A DNA stretch of 64,000 bases from Zancudomyces culisetae HAW-14-8 (lineage: Eukaryota > Fungi > Kickxellomycota): contig JBNJNM010000008.1 of NCBI GenBank assembly GCA_052426225.1, positions 1,612,001 through 1,676,000 of the forward strand, read 5' to 3'. A program made the position numbers and the translations under genes. The notes under the pieces are model-generated. The model searched no databases and had not been told where the DNA came from. It saw only the letters and a program-made list of their open reading frames with translations. Shown here in pieces: positions 11,901 to 24,986 of the stretch (position 1 is its first letter; each line of letters opens with the position of its first letter).

Positions 11901-14170
11901 TTTAGTAACAGTTTAGTTCAGTATCTATTACATACACTCATAGGTCTGTTTTTCCTCTTTGGCTATGGATGTTAACATAGACAGCACGTTTAAATAAATA
12001 TGCTTGTTTTTTTTTCTAAAACATATATTTCACATCCGAGACTGGTAACCTCATGGAAAGAACAAGTGGAACCCCATCGAGATATTCAACAGGCGCAGCT
12101 TGCCGAAGGAAATTTGTCAAATAGTGCCAAGTTTATTCTCAATGGGGTCTTTTTTTTTGAAGACACTCCTAGAAAAATATTGTGAGAAAGAAAAAACGAA
12201 CCCAAAGAGGTTCAAAAGACCACTACTAGTTTTGTGATCGAGTCATCAAACCATCGCTTTTGCTCTACAAACGATATCTTTTACTTTATCTTTTTATGAT
12301 ACACTTGCTCTTTTCCGTGATACTTATCGAGCTAACTAAAACAAGTATCTCGGAATGCAAGTAGAAAAAGCTAGATGAAATGTTCGCAAAGCTTTGAATG
12401 GCACCAATGAAATAATGCGCTCAATGAAAATAGACCCTGTATTGCATTATTCCGTTTTAATATCCCCCCTGTCCCAGCCATTGATTGTGATTTTCTTTTA
12501 TGCGAGCTCATATATTCAGATTATAGGTCGCTCAGATATCACACTTTTTTTTTTACAGGACCAGATATTGGTTCTAAGTGCGTTTTGTTTTTGCTATGCA
12601 AATTGAATGGGGGCATTCAAGTCGGAACCCAAGTCCCCCGCTACCATTTGCCCTCTCTGTACACCATTACAGCTTCCTCTCTTTTCTTGTCTGTTTGTCT
12701 GTCTCTCGCTCTCCATCACCCATTCTTTTCCCTTCTAGGCATCAAAATCCATAGGAAAAATAGGGCTGAGAAAAAACAATTGCGTGCTCCACCAAATGGA
12801 ACAGTTTATTTAGGCTTTTTTAGCCACACTTTTTCACCATTTCTCAATATTTTTCAATATTTTCCAATGTGTTCCCCCTCTTGCAATTACAAATATTTGT
12901 GGAAAAAACGTGTATTAACCATTAACTGAAAGAGCTACTGTACAGTAAACATTTGTGGAAGTTCAATCTAGTTCCAAAGATAACTGAACTGTTCACTTTT
13001 TCATAACGCTGTGGAGGTGCCAATAGCCCATTTTATGCCTTTGTTAATGCTAGCTCGTGCGTTCTTTTTATTTTATTCGATAGAAATTGGAAGACAAAAA
13101 AAAACAGCATCAACTATCCTGCACTTATTTGTGGAAGCTTGAGAGGATAACCTGTGCAAATCCCACCTTCCTCTTAAACCCTTTAGCAAACTTATAAAAT
13201 CCTACACAGCTCTGTGCCTCGCTCAATGATAATTTCGCGTCCATTCTCTCAGTACAAGCATTTTATGGTTGTTATTTTTTTTATTCCACTTGATTTGCTC
13301 TTTAGTTCAACTTCCTCTTCCCCTCAAATTAAATTAGAAATAACGACATTTGCTAATAGTTTAGGAGCAAAGATATTATACCCTTGGTCAATAAACGTTT
13401 TAAATATATCAATATTATTATTGTACCAACTCTCCTGGCTATAAACCTCGATTTAATGCCAAAATATATACTGGGATAAAAGGCAACTTTATGAGCCAGG
13501 CAGAAATAATTATTGCTAATATACCACCAACATTCGTTGAACTTGAAATGAAAGGTAGGTAACAAATTACACGAGGGTAAGTAGAAAGTACATAGGGGGT
13601 ATTAGAACATATCTAAACCCCCTTTTTAATAATAAAAAAAACAAAAAACTGTAGAGTACCCATGGGAGCACATACCTAATTAATATGCTTATTTTTTGTT
13701 AAGTCAACTAAATTATACAATGTGTGAATATTTTGTAGGCGGCTTAGATACTGTAAGGATAAAAACCAGTTCAGAAAAAATATAATAAATATCACTCGTT
13801 GTTTGATACCGGTTTGTACATTAATCCGAGAATAAGCAATATAGCAATACTGCTATATACCCGCCACAAATTTCTACTGTTGCTTGCTGCCTAAATGTGT
13901 AAGTGTTTTTGTTTGACCTAGTGAGTCTCAGTCGTAATAACTGTACAACCTACTTGGGTAATATACAGCTTTGTATTCGAGTATTTAATAGTTTTAAGCT
14001 AATTAGCACAGCTTTAGATCCCCTGCTAGCTGCAAATCCGCGTTAACTCCGAAAAGTGGGCGAGGAAAATAGAGAGTTACAGCTCCATAGATTTAAGGAC
14101 TATACTAAAAATGAATAAATAAATAAACAAACATATAGGAGAGAAAAAACCCCGAATACTGATAAAAAAG

Positions 14171-15706
14171 ATGAAGGTTCTTTCAAAGCTTAAGAAAAGC
14201 AGAGTAAGAGGTAAAAAGAAGAAACATATCGTGGAGAAACTCGAATCTATAGGCCCAACTGGGAACCGTAGGAGGTTAGCCAGAAAACCAGCGGAGTCAA
14301 TTCTTACACTGCACGAGCATACTGGTATCAACGATAATACCCTGAAGCAGCCAGAATGTGGAAAGTGCAACAAGAAAGCATGTACTAGAAGGGTCTCCAT
14401 TAAACACAATGAAAGTATAGAGCTTGCGGACTATTTTGAGGTGCCCAACAATGCCGATATGGTTATTGTAAAGCATCCTGAAAAGTCCAAGAAAATGTAC
14501 AACATGGATGATATGATTTTCAGGCTTTTGGAATTTGGATTTATAGGGAGGTACACAAAAACAATCAACTGTTTGAAAGAAAAGGAAATCATTACAATAT
14601 GCCACGCGGTTAGACAAGTGATCATGGCACAGCCAGTCGTATTAGAATTAACAAGTCCATTAAAAATAGTTGGAGATATCCATGGTCAGTTTTGGGATCT
14701 ATTGCGGTTGTTTGACAAATGTGGCTTTCCACCTTCGCACAACTATCTTTTTTTAGGCGATTATGTGGACAGAGGCAAATTGGGATTGGAAACAATATTA
14801 CTGCTGTTCTGTTATAAAATCAAGTATCCAGATAATTTTTTTCTGTTACGGGGGAACCACGAATGTAGTAGAGTCACTAGGGGTAATTTTTTTTACTTTA
14901 ATCTACTTGTTCAAGTATTCTCAATATGCATCCAAATAGCAAGTTATCAAACATCCTGTGTTTAAAACTAAGAATTTGTAAAATATAAATATGTAGTGTA
15001 TGGCTTTTATGACGAATGTAAGCGGAGGAGCTCCATCAAAGTTTACAAAGCAATAATTGATACGTTTAATACCCTTCCGATTGCTGCGATCGTTTCAAAC
15101 AAGATTTTCTGCGTCCATGGTGGACTATCGCCTCAACTTGAAAGTATTAACCAGCTCAAGGAAATACAAAGACCCTATGAAATACCGGACATGGGAATAA
15201 TCGCTGATATTTTGTGGTCAGATCCTACTGATTTTGGTACAAGCACATCTGATGACACCGATATAGATCTTGATCCTGGACCCGAATTCGCTGAGGTGCA
15301 ACACATAGAGAAGCACGACTCAAAATCAAGCGAAAATGAACCCTCGTGGGTTGAAAGTGATCGGGGCGTTTCTTTTTGTTTTGGACCGTCTGTAGTTAAG
15401 TCATTCCTTGAAAAATTCAATATGGACCTAATATGCCGTGCCCATATGGTTGTAGAGGATGGATACGAGTTTTTTGCAGATCGGAGGCTAGTAACTATAT
15501 TCAGCGCACCGAATTATTGTGGTGAATTTGACAACTCGGCGGCTGTTATGTGCGTTGATGATGAGCTGAAATGTAAATTTGAAATTGTAAAACCCGTGAT
15601 GGACAATCCTACAATTGCGTTGGGGCGAATAGAGAGTCGGTTTTTTAGAAAAATGTCCACCGATTTAGATATTGAAGAAGGTGTAAAAGCGATGAAACTT
15701 TCGTAG
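14171..15706 (+). CDS. Ser/Thr protein phosphatase, PP1-related PPZ/PPQ type; 2 exons (14171-14882, 14997-15706)
   Basis: Motifs [38 protein letters not shown] and [12 protein letters not shown]. Splicing restores [14 protein letters not shown] (PPZ-like). Basic N-terminal extension. Confidence 0.95.
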
Positions 15707-16610
15707 TGCTAATGTCTAGTAAATAGCTTACTTTTAGGACTGTAGAACTCGAGTATCCTGGTGAAAAACGAGCAGGATTTTTGTATTTAATATAGACATT
15801 GTTTCACCTTTTATTTTGCTAGCAAGTAATAAAGACTATGCTTTGCAAACACAAGCCAAGTAGGCACCCATATTCTGGTTTATGAAGTCACCAAAAACCA
15901 CATGCTTTGTTTATTCAATAGATCTCTGATTCTTGAGTAGCAACCCCAATTTGTAGCTTTTCTTGACCTAAAATTGCATTTTAATGTTTGTTGAAACTAA
16001 TACGCTTTTCTGTTGCTCTACCGAATTTAAGGTGCTGATGCTAGCTTACTTTTATAAAGTAATATAGCATTCGTTGCTAATACTGACGTTTTTAACCGCT
16101 TTAATAATTGAGCCCAACATGTTTTAAGCTTCTTTTGCTTTATTTACACTATGGGTTATATAAGAAAGTATCACACGAAATGTTACAAAATATATCCTAA
16201 ATTCGTTTTAGGCTACAACAAGCTTTCTTTAATACAGGGTTTTTCTTAAATGGGACAAAATAATACTCCAGGTTTTAATCTAAACACCAGCTAAAGTGAG
16301 TACAAAATAGATGAACATGGATGTGAAGTGAAGTGAAAAAGCCTAAATCAGAATAAAGGATAATGCAAAAATATATGAAATCAAAGTGAAATATTGGCAA
16401 AAAATGAAGTTTTCCGGTTATAGAGTCTACGCTTTAACTTTAACGTATGTATATTGGACGCTGTCTTTTACTCCACCAAGTCATCACTTTGTTGTGTTCA
16501 AAATATCTAGTACACTATCACTGGTTCTAAGTTTAAGAGTATAATTCATTTACTAACGTAAAATACGAAAGACAAACAAAAAAAAACGCGTTATACTTCG
16601 TTTCAGTAAA

Positions 16611-17174
16611 ATGTCTTTGAAAAGTCTTTTATATCGGCTTATTGTACTGGTGTTTATCCAAGAAAACCAAATTTTTGCGCTTGATGAGATATACGAATTT
16701 GCAGTTTCAAGAGAGCTTACATCAGGTAGTAAATACCACTCCAAGGAGCTGATTAAAGACGGTCTAACTTTACTAAAACCTTACGAAAGGGATGCAACCA
16801 TTCTAGGATTCAAAAAAATATCATATGAAAACGATAAAAGACACCTTCACGATAGCTACTACGTCATTAAAGAAACTTGTACAAGTACTACAAACATACT
16901 TGTGGATCATATCATATGGTATAATCGTAAAGAGAGTGTTTTAAGGGAGCGGGAAGGCTATAGTTGCAAATGTGCTTTTTTTGATGCGCTACGTGTTTTG
17001 AGCTATTCTACATCGATGTTTGTTGAGAAATACTTTATCCAAATCGAGTTTTGTGTTGACCTTAACGAGATTGAGATTAACTTTAGTTTTGTTGATACAA
17101 CACACAATAGCCTTTCAGGACCTGTGCAAAAGAATTGTGCATACTCACTATTCTCTCCCGTAAGAAAGGCATAG
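16611..17174 (+). CDS. Hypothetical, possibly secreted protein (187 aa)
   Basis: Intact 564-nt ATG ORF in AT-rich DNA, with a signal-like hydrophobic N-terminus and several Cys. No family recognised. Confidence 0.55.
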   Translation: MSLKSLLYRLIVLVFIQENQIFALDEIYEFAVSRELTSGSKYHSKELIKDGLTLLKPYERDATILGFKKISYENDKRHLHDSYYVIKETCTSTTNILVDHIIWYNRKESVLREREGYSCKCAFFDALRVLSYSTSMFVEKYFIQIEFCVDLNEIEINFSFVDTTHNSLSGPVQKNCAYSLFSPVRKA

Positions 17175-17840
17175 TTATTTCGATTATCTTTTTGTGTGTG
17201 ATTTTTATTGTTAATAAAAAACAAGTTTCTAAATCTAGCTCAGTTTAGCTGAACTCTGATCTGATTGTGATGATATAACCTTAGAGTCGAATGGGGTGGA
17301 AGTGCCTGTCGCTTTTTATATAGATATATATATATATAGGTGCGGACAACGCCACATCATCAATGTAAAGTCTGTTAGTTCTTGTGTTTTTTTTTCTAAT
17401 CCTCTATATTTTTTTAAATAAGAAAAAAAGAAAAAAAATAGAGGAAAAGAAAAAGAGGGGTTAGTTTGTCTAGACTTTATGCCTCATATTAAACTGGGAC
17501 TTGTTCGTTCGCATTTAATTTGGCCGTTTTATAAAACTGGGCTTTCGAAGGAATAGAATGTGCGGATCCACAATTCCAGGCTAAATTTGTAGAAAATCAC
17601 TTTTTCAATTTAAGCAGAGTATGGAAATGGCTAGAAAGTGCAGCTAGTAAAGATATAACATAGTGCTGTTAATGCCAACTATCCTTAATTGTAAATAGGG
17701 TGTTAAATGGCCTATTTTTTTTACATTTTTAAACATTTTTTCATATTACTGATATACTAGTTTCACCAAATATTGATAATATTTTACGAGATATTTGCTC
17801 TGATGTTTGCGGCTATGGTCACTAACTGATACTAACTAAA

Positions 17841-19074
17841 ATGACCGTCGAAAAAGAAAACAGCGATTCAAGCACTATAAGCACTAATGGTGATGCCAAT
17901 ATAAAAAGGAACGAGATATGTGTAAATGGAGGAAAGTCAAAGCTAAAATGCGATGAAAAAACTAAACATAAGCAAACAAGTAGACGCGTTACGCGCGCGG
18001 CACGTCACATAGGTATGAAGAGCATAAAAACAGACTCGTTTTCTCAGCACCAGACTACGTTTTTAGCTAGAAAAAATCCAGAATATCTTGAAAACAGTGC
18101 TAGCACACCGGATAAAGAAACCATAAAGCGCGAAAGATTACCAAAAAACTCATCAATTATTTGCAGTGCTCATATACCAGGAAAAAGCATTAAAAGTGAA
18201 CAAATAGTATGTCAACAACTAAGCTCAATAAGCCTTGATGACCCCGAGTTTAAAGAGGCAAAGCTTTTCAATAACATAGCCGCTGTGGTTGAAAGACCAC
18301 ATAGAAAGACAAGGATAACTTCTCGAAAAAAGCTATTGAAACTTCCTTCGAGTTCGGTAAATAATCATACAAGGAGATATCTTAGCGCAAATTTATATCC
18401 CGCCTCTGAATGTTCCTCTCTACAAACAACGCCACAAGTAGAGTTTCAGCGTTTTAATCTAGCAGAGAATACTGGCCAAATATCCTTCAGCAAACAAAAA
18501 AGATGTTTACCTAAACCCGCTGTTCCTAGAACAGGCGAAACCAGTAATGGTGGTAGTACTGGAAATAATACTGGTCAGAACATACCTGGTGCAGCAGATC
18601 ATCGACATAATCCATACGATGAACCCCCGCCATACTCTACAGTTGACAGAGATAGAAATATGCTGTATAGTGGCTACATGGGTCCAATGCCATATAACAC
18701 CCCTGTTGTTGATTTTTCTACTCTGAATTTAGATGAACCGATAGCCGTAAACTGCCCGGTTTGTAGATTGGAAGTTGTTACCATTGTTCTTCTCAGACCA
18801 GGTAAATATCCTATTTTGAAATATTTCTAAACATATAGAGTATTTTATATATTTTGTAATACTCAGCAGTGCTTCTAAGTTGCAAGTAAGTGTATAACAT
18901 GAGTAAGCGTGTACTAAAATTCTAGGTTTACAAGCTGGTTTATGTGCTGCACTCACATGCTTTATTTTTTGGCCGCTATTTTGGGTACCACTATGTGCAC
19001 CTATGTGTTTAAACAGAGTACATACCTGCCCCAACTGTGGCTCGGTTATAACCGTACAACCACCAGAATGTTAG
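17841..19074 (+). CDS. LITAF/SIMPLE-domain zinc-ribbon membrane protein; 2 exons (17841-18801, 18926-19074)
   Basis: PPPY motif, then CPVC, a hydrophobic segment (LCAALTCFIFWPLFWVPLC) and HTCPNC after removal of the gtaaat..tactaa..ctag intron at 18802-18925. Confidence 0.88.
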
Positions 19075-20283
19075 AACCATTTTTAATTGTGCATTTAATA
19101 AAAAGCTAGGATGCACGTATCATTGTGTAGGTTTAGTTTTTTTGCTATAGAGGTTTTCAAACTATTTCTCAGTATAGATGCTTTTCTAGATATCAAGTCA
19201 ACATAAAAAAGTATAGCTTTTTCACCAGCACAGAAAGATTTACGCAAATTTAAGTTGAAATGACCTTTGGCTCCTAGAAAGTGGTCTTATAAGATAAAAT
19301 GTGGATAAATATGCATCTTAATCTCGTTATACATAGAATTTCATATACACTGCAAAAACATCGGCTGCATTTTTATAGAATAATGTGTAAGCCAAAAAAT
19401 CCTCCTCCCTGTTTTTGTTGAGGTGGGTTTTTTGTTTTAAAGTTGAGCATTATATAGTGTAAACATTTATTGGGCAGTTCCCTCCAAAATGATGCTTTAA
19501 ATCTGGAATGGGTGCTCTCAAAAATTTTTCGCACTGCCTCTCTGTATGCTGCAGGCTAAAAATAAAGTTAATGGCTAGGATTTCCCTTTTTCTTCACATT
19601 CCTGTGCCTTCTCTGAGAAAAAAGATCACAATAGCTCTCTCATTTCCTCCTCCCCTCTCATACTCCAAATATTATTTAGATGCTAGCTAAAAACCCGACA
19701 CAGTATATTTTGCAGAAAAATGCTGTCGATTCTGACGTCACACCCAGAAAACGGGAGATAAAAACGACGAGACTGAAAAAAAAATATTTTACTATACCCA
19801 CAAGAAAGAGTTTTGTTTTTGTTTCTTTGGTTGGCTTTACACCACAAAGACACGGTTTTAAATTTGTGTATTTAAAGGAAATGGACACTTAGTGCCATAT
19901 CAGAAGGATAGTAGCGTTTTTTTCTAAGCACAGTTGAGTAAAAGCAAAGATTGTCAATGCCTCTACTATTACGAAAAAATATCCTCGATCTCCGGGTATG
20001 AAGTAAAAAAAAATATTTGTTGTAACCCCACATATCCTGATACATTTGTACCGGTTCACTATTATATTATACTGAGAATGATGTGGGTATTTAACTAGTT
20101 ATTTAGTGTAGTTAATACAGTTAGCGAGGAGAGTAGGGCGATTGGGAAACTCGCCTTCTCTGTTGTAACCTGGTCAGACACGTACTAGTGTGTTGTAAAT
20201 AATGTTGTTAATGCAGTTATGTGAATAAATAGATAAATTAAAAAAATAAATTTCAAAAGCACAACGAGATGAGGTAATAGCAA

Positions 20284-20293
20284 TATAAATACA
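20284..20293 (+). promoter_or_regulatory. Putative TATA box (TATAAATACA) for the 20416 gene
   Basis: About 130 nt upstream of the ATG. Same motif as at 1071 and 5071. Confidence 0.45.
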
Positions 20294-20415
20294 AAGCGTC
20301 AGTACGCATATCTTGTCAGTAAACACAACAATCAACTACAATACAAGATCTTTATACTATTGTTGCAGCTAAAACAACAACTTCACTTGAAATTCACAAC
20401 AACTGATAAGGGAAA

Positions 20416-21677
20416 ATGAAAAAAACAAACACTATAGTGATAGGCTGGATGGCAACAGTTGTGCTTTCAGGCCCAATTCCCGAAGAGTATTACACAGACA
20501 GTAAATACAGAGAGTATTCATCAGGAAAGAAACAATATAACAGTAATGGTGTGAAGGATGGGGATGGGTATTATGGAAATAACGAGTACAAACCTGTGTA
20601 TATACCCGACTATAGGCCTGATTACAAACCTGATTACAAACCTGATTACAGTCCCGATTACAGTCCCGATTACAAACCTGATTACAAACCTGATTACAAA
20701 CCTGATTACAAACCTGATTACAAACCTGACTACAAGCCTGACTACAAGCCTGACTACAAGCCTGACTACAAACCTGACTACAAGCCTGATTACAAGCCTG
20801 ATTACAAGCCTGACTACAAGCCTGACTACAAACCTGATTACAAGCCTGACTACAACGTCGAGTATACATCTGAATATAACTATGACAACAATGTTGACTA
20901 CAATACAAATCAAAATGACTACTCAAAGCCCATAGACTATACTCAAGACCATAGTTGGTCAGTTACAAAAAACTACGAAAGCAAAAATGATTATCCTCTC
21001 AGCACTTCAAACTACAATGACTATAATATTGAAAAACCATACCGTGAAAAAGTATATACAAATCCCGACTATGACTACAGTGACCAGCGCTATAACGGCT
21101 ATTATAAGACTAATGATGGGGTTAGCAGTTATTTAGATGCATACAGCAACTATATCTTCAAAAGTAAGTTGCTACTGATTCCTCTATTTGTATCATTTTT
21201 CAACATTTAAAATAAATAAATATACCTTGTGTACAGTGTATGGATAAAGGATCAAACTAACCAATGCTTTTAACTCTTAATACAGATGATGACAACTACA
21301 ATGGGTATGATAACTATAACAGTTACAATGATAACAGCAACTACAACTACAATGGCTACAATAATTATAATGACTATAATAACTACAACAATTACAACAG
21401 CACCTGGTACGATTCCAACAACAATTCAAATGAAAAATATAACATCGATAAATCTTACCTAAATGATACAATATACAACTTTGCATACGGAGACTCCAAC
21501 AATTACAACGACTATAATAATTACAATAACGATAACACTTATAACACATGGAATAACTTCACTAGCTATGATAACTATGCTAACTACAGCAATTATACTA
21601 ACTGGCAAAATGATTACAGCAATTATGGAAATATCTATAGCATGTATTCTGGTAACATATACTCCAACTCTTACTAG
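20416..21677 (+). CDS. Secreted Tyr-rich repeat protein: (K/S/R)PDY x21 plus Asn/Tyr-rich C-terminus; 2 exons (20416-21163, 21286-21677)
   Basis: Signal peptide MKKTNTIVIGWMATVVLSG then PIPEEYY. The gtaagt..actaac..tacag intron at 21164-21285 joins the two ORFs in frame. Confidence 0.85.
20605..20853 (+). repeat. Coding 12-nt minisatellite (aa[a/g]cctga[c/t]tac), 21 PDY units
   Basis: Read directly from the sequence. Variation is mostly at synonymous third positions. Confidence 0.95.
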
Positions 21678-22041
21678 ACTAATGATGATCACGGGTTAAA
21701 CGGAAGATCAGGCATTTAAATTGCAAGCGGTAACAAGTTAGGAAAGCATATTTGCCAAACTTGAAATCTAGAGATAACTTTAATTTAACACTGAGTAGTA
21801 TACATCCTTTTAAACATACACTTAGTTAGTTTCTTAAAACTTTAAACACCATGGACTTATTTATTTATTTTATAATACTAACTTATTTTGTGTTGTTTTT
21901 CACGGGCTTAATGAAAAACAGTCGGAAGCATTATTTGAAGATCATAAAAGTTACATAAAAAATCTGATAAAATACAATAACCAGAAGTACAATCACAACA
22001 TTTAAACACTAGCAATACAAAAGGAGTAGGATGTATTCCGA

Positions 22042-24032
22042 CTAAAGCATGTAACTCTTTATAAAAGCAGTGATACTTCCATCAGCATTAACCTGGTGAA
22101 TCGAGCCATCTAGATGTTCAGTTATTTCAGCCCCGTCAGGGAATGAGTATGTTATAACACCATCATAAAGCTTGGTCTTAACTATTTTAGAGTCGCTGAA
22201 CGTATATGAAGAGGTTCCAGTTAAAGGATTAACCTATTTTAAATATTTTTTCAACAAAAAAATATCTTTTTATGCTAGTGCTTTTGAGGTGTAGCTAATA
22301 TTTCGCAACTGGAAGCATGAGAAATACCTTTAGGGTGTCCCCATTATAAAGATAGACAGTGAATGTGGTATCTTGCCCAATGACCTTAACGTTTCCATCG
22401 GGGTAGCCGTACGCCTTTAGGCCATCTTCAAAGAGCCATTCTAATTTTCCATTTACTAACAATCTCTCCTAAAATAATAAATTGTATTAGGTTTGAGTTT
22501 GCTCCTCCTTCTTTCAATGGAAACTTGATATTTTCATTTTTTGAAAAGGAGATGGTGGAAGGGCTTTCTGTATCTGTACTAATAGAGGAGTAGAAGTAAA
22601 GAGATACTCACCCTATACTTGGAACATGAAATACCTATCAGCCTCTCAGCCAACAGCTTTCGCATTTCAAACAAAGATACTTTCTGTTCCTTGAACACAC
22701 CATTTTTGCCGAAAGTGTCAGCCTTATCGCGTATATCATAGAATATATAAAGAAAACATATTAGTCATGGTAACATGGTATACTAAATGCAATTGATATA
22801 AAATACTCACTGTTGATGGCACTTCCAGGGGTTTAAGATCCTGGTTCATCTCAGATGTCTTCCCAATCCACTCATAAGCCTCGCTTAGTAGAAATCGATT
22901 TCGTTTTGGTCCGTTTGGTTGGTTATTTTTTGCACAATTTCGTGTATTTTCGCTATCAACATCGCTGCTACAATCGTAACTACAGGGAGTACTTGGTTGG
23001 AGGTTCTGAGTTTTGATCCTATCAATATATTTTACGATATATTTTAAACTGACTTCTATCATATCGTAGAGATACAATCGGCATATACCAGCTTTAAATA
23101 GCCATATGAGCAAATTGAGAGAGTAAAAACCTTTGTCTGGACATAACGATATTTTCGTTTTCCTAAAAAGAAACATTAGAAAAAAAAACCAATTGTAAGC
23201 ATATGCTATATTGAATAATAATACTAGCCAACATAGTTGATAGTAATTGTTTAGGAGTAAATCTTTGTAGCCGAATTGATATTTTAAATACCATTTTTTC
23301 ATGCGTCTCCCTCCATAACTCCTTTCTTCTATCCAAGAGTTTTACGCTTACATCATTCGCGTATTTAGCATACTTTTCGGTTCGTAAAAGCGATTTTAAC
23401 GATGTAAGGTCAAAGTTTGAATCCTCGGAAGAGTCAATTGTGCAATCTTCAGAAAAATACACCTCCTTTTTTCCAAAATGGTTTTTGATTTTTCTTGTGT
23501 CTAGAGGCCATTTCCCGCTCCTTTCATCTTTGCTTGCATTCGCTTTTCCAATATCGTCTAAAAATTCATATTTAAAAACGTGCAAATAGAGCTTAGTTTA
23601 AACACTGTGTTGATAAAAATGCAATGACAGAAATAGAAATTGTAAAGGAAACAAATTTCGTACTCATATTGAGACCATACTTTTCGATAATCTTATTTCT
23701 GATGGGTTTTTCTGGTAGAGGCCTATCCAGCTGTTGTAAGTGATCCTTGTGCATTCCTAATGAGAATGAATTGGGTGTTAGGATTAGATACAATGTAGCT
23801 ACAGAGTCAAAGATGTAAGAGCGAAGATTTACCTGTCCTCGAGCAATCATCCTGGAATTCTTCCTAGTATAATAAATGAATTTAACTTTATTTACGCTAT
23901 CAAAAATAGCAAAGAATTGAATGGGAAATCGATAAAAAATGAAGGAATTAAAAAGAATCTTACTCTTGAATGACTGTAAATAGATTCGAACAGGCTATCA
24001 GGCGGACTGTACCTCTTACGATTTCCACGCAT
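22042..24032 (-). CDS. Multi-exon gene ending in a Tcp10/CENPJ (SAS-4/CPAP) C-terminal beta-sheet domain
   Basis: The last two exons (22468-22328, 22233-22042) translate to ERLLVNGKLEWLFEDGLKAYGYPDGNVKVIGQDTTFTVYLYNGDTLK|VNPLTGTSSYTFSDSKIVKTKLYDGVITYSFPDGAEITEHLDGSIHQVNADGSITAFIKSYML*, showing the periodic (P/N)(D/N)G hairpins of the TCP domain. Candidate ATG at 24032 with phase-consistent exons 24032-23964 and 23863-23833. Middle exons are not fully resolved. Confidence 0.65.
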
Positions 24033-24986
24033 CGTTAATTTCAATGTTCAATGTTCAATTTTAGCATATATCCTCCTTTTTTTAGCCTTGCGAATAACCC
24101 CAAACCAATAACTTGTTTTAGAAATGATTGTGTTTGAAACTATTGTATTGTGGGTTTTGTGGTTATCCTTTAGTTACATTTCACAACTCAAAATACTCTG
24201 ATTCCAAACAAATTTGGTGTATTTTGCAATGTAGACAAATATCTATTGGATGAGCTTGTTTTGGTTTTCAAGTTTGGTTGATTTAGCTTTTTTTTTAGTG
24301 CAATTTACGGCTTGGGTTCAGTTATATTATTGTTTCTGGGAATGGTACTCAGATATCTCTAATTCCCAGTTGAGATCGGTCATTCTGGTCCAGCAAGATT
24401 TTATTCATTATTTCCATTAACTATTAGCTAGCTAGTTTTTATATTGCTATAAATGATAAACATTACAAACACCACGTTTAGCACTTACGAAATCTATGTG
24501 AAGAGATAGTAAGAGGACTTTGTATGCAGTATAAATTCTGTTTTATCCAGAATATTTTCAAAAATATTTTTACATAGAGTTAAAGCCAGAAAATATAATA
24601 AAACGATTCGCACATGTGATACCAATTATGAGTATAATATAAATCAATGCTCGTATAACACCTAATTCTATTAAACTAATGCAAACATTAACTATTTGTT
24701 AGCAGTACTGGTGTACAAGATTATAAGCCTAGAAAATAGGAGGGAATAAAGTATTCTAGTAGGTGTGATAGGTTTGTGGTTTATACACCAGCCACTCAAA
24801 CCTTTATCAGTTGTCTCAAATAACTGGAAAATTTGTGTCTCGAATTAAATGCAAGCTGGGAAAAAAGTGTTAAGCTTAACGGATTCCGGGAAGCTTTTTT
24901 GTTGAATAATTAGATGAAATTGCTATCGATATTTAATAGCCTGTGGTGCGTGAGGGTATTCTTGTTGTTGGAGTATAGTGATATTT

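Noticed and set aside
20432-20935. (QVCN/QACS)n, (VVRL)n and (LITN)n ORFs, and a CRISPR-like look of the repeat
   Set aside because: These are alternative frames of the KPDY minisatellite. There are no spacers and the context is eukaryotic.
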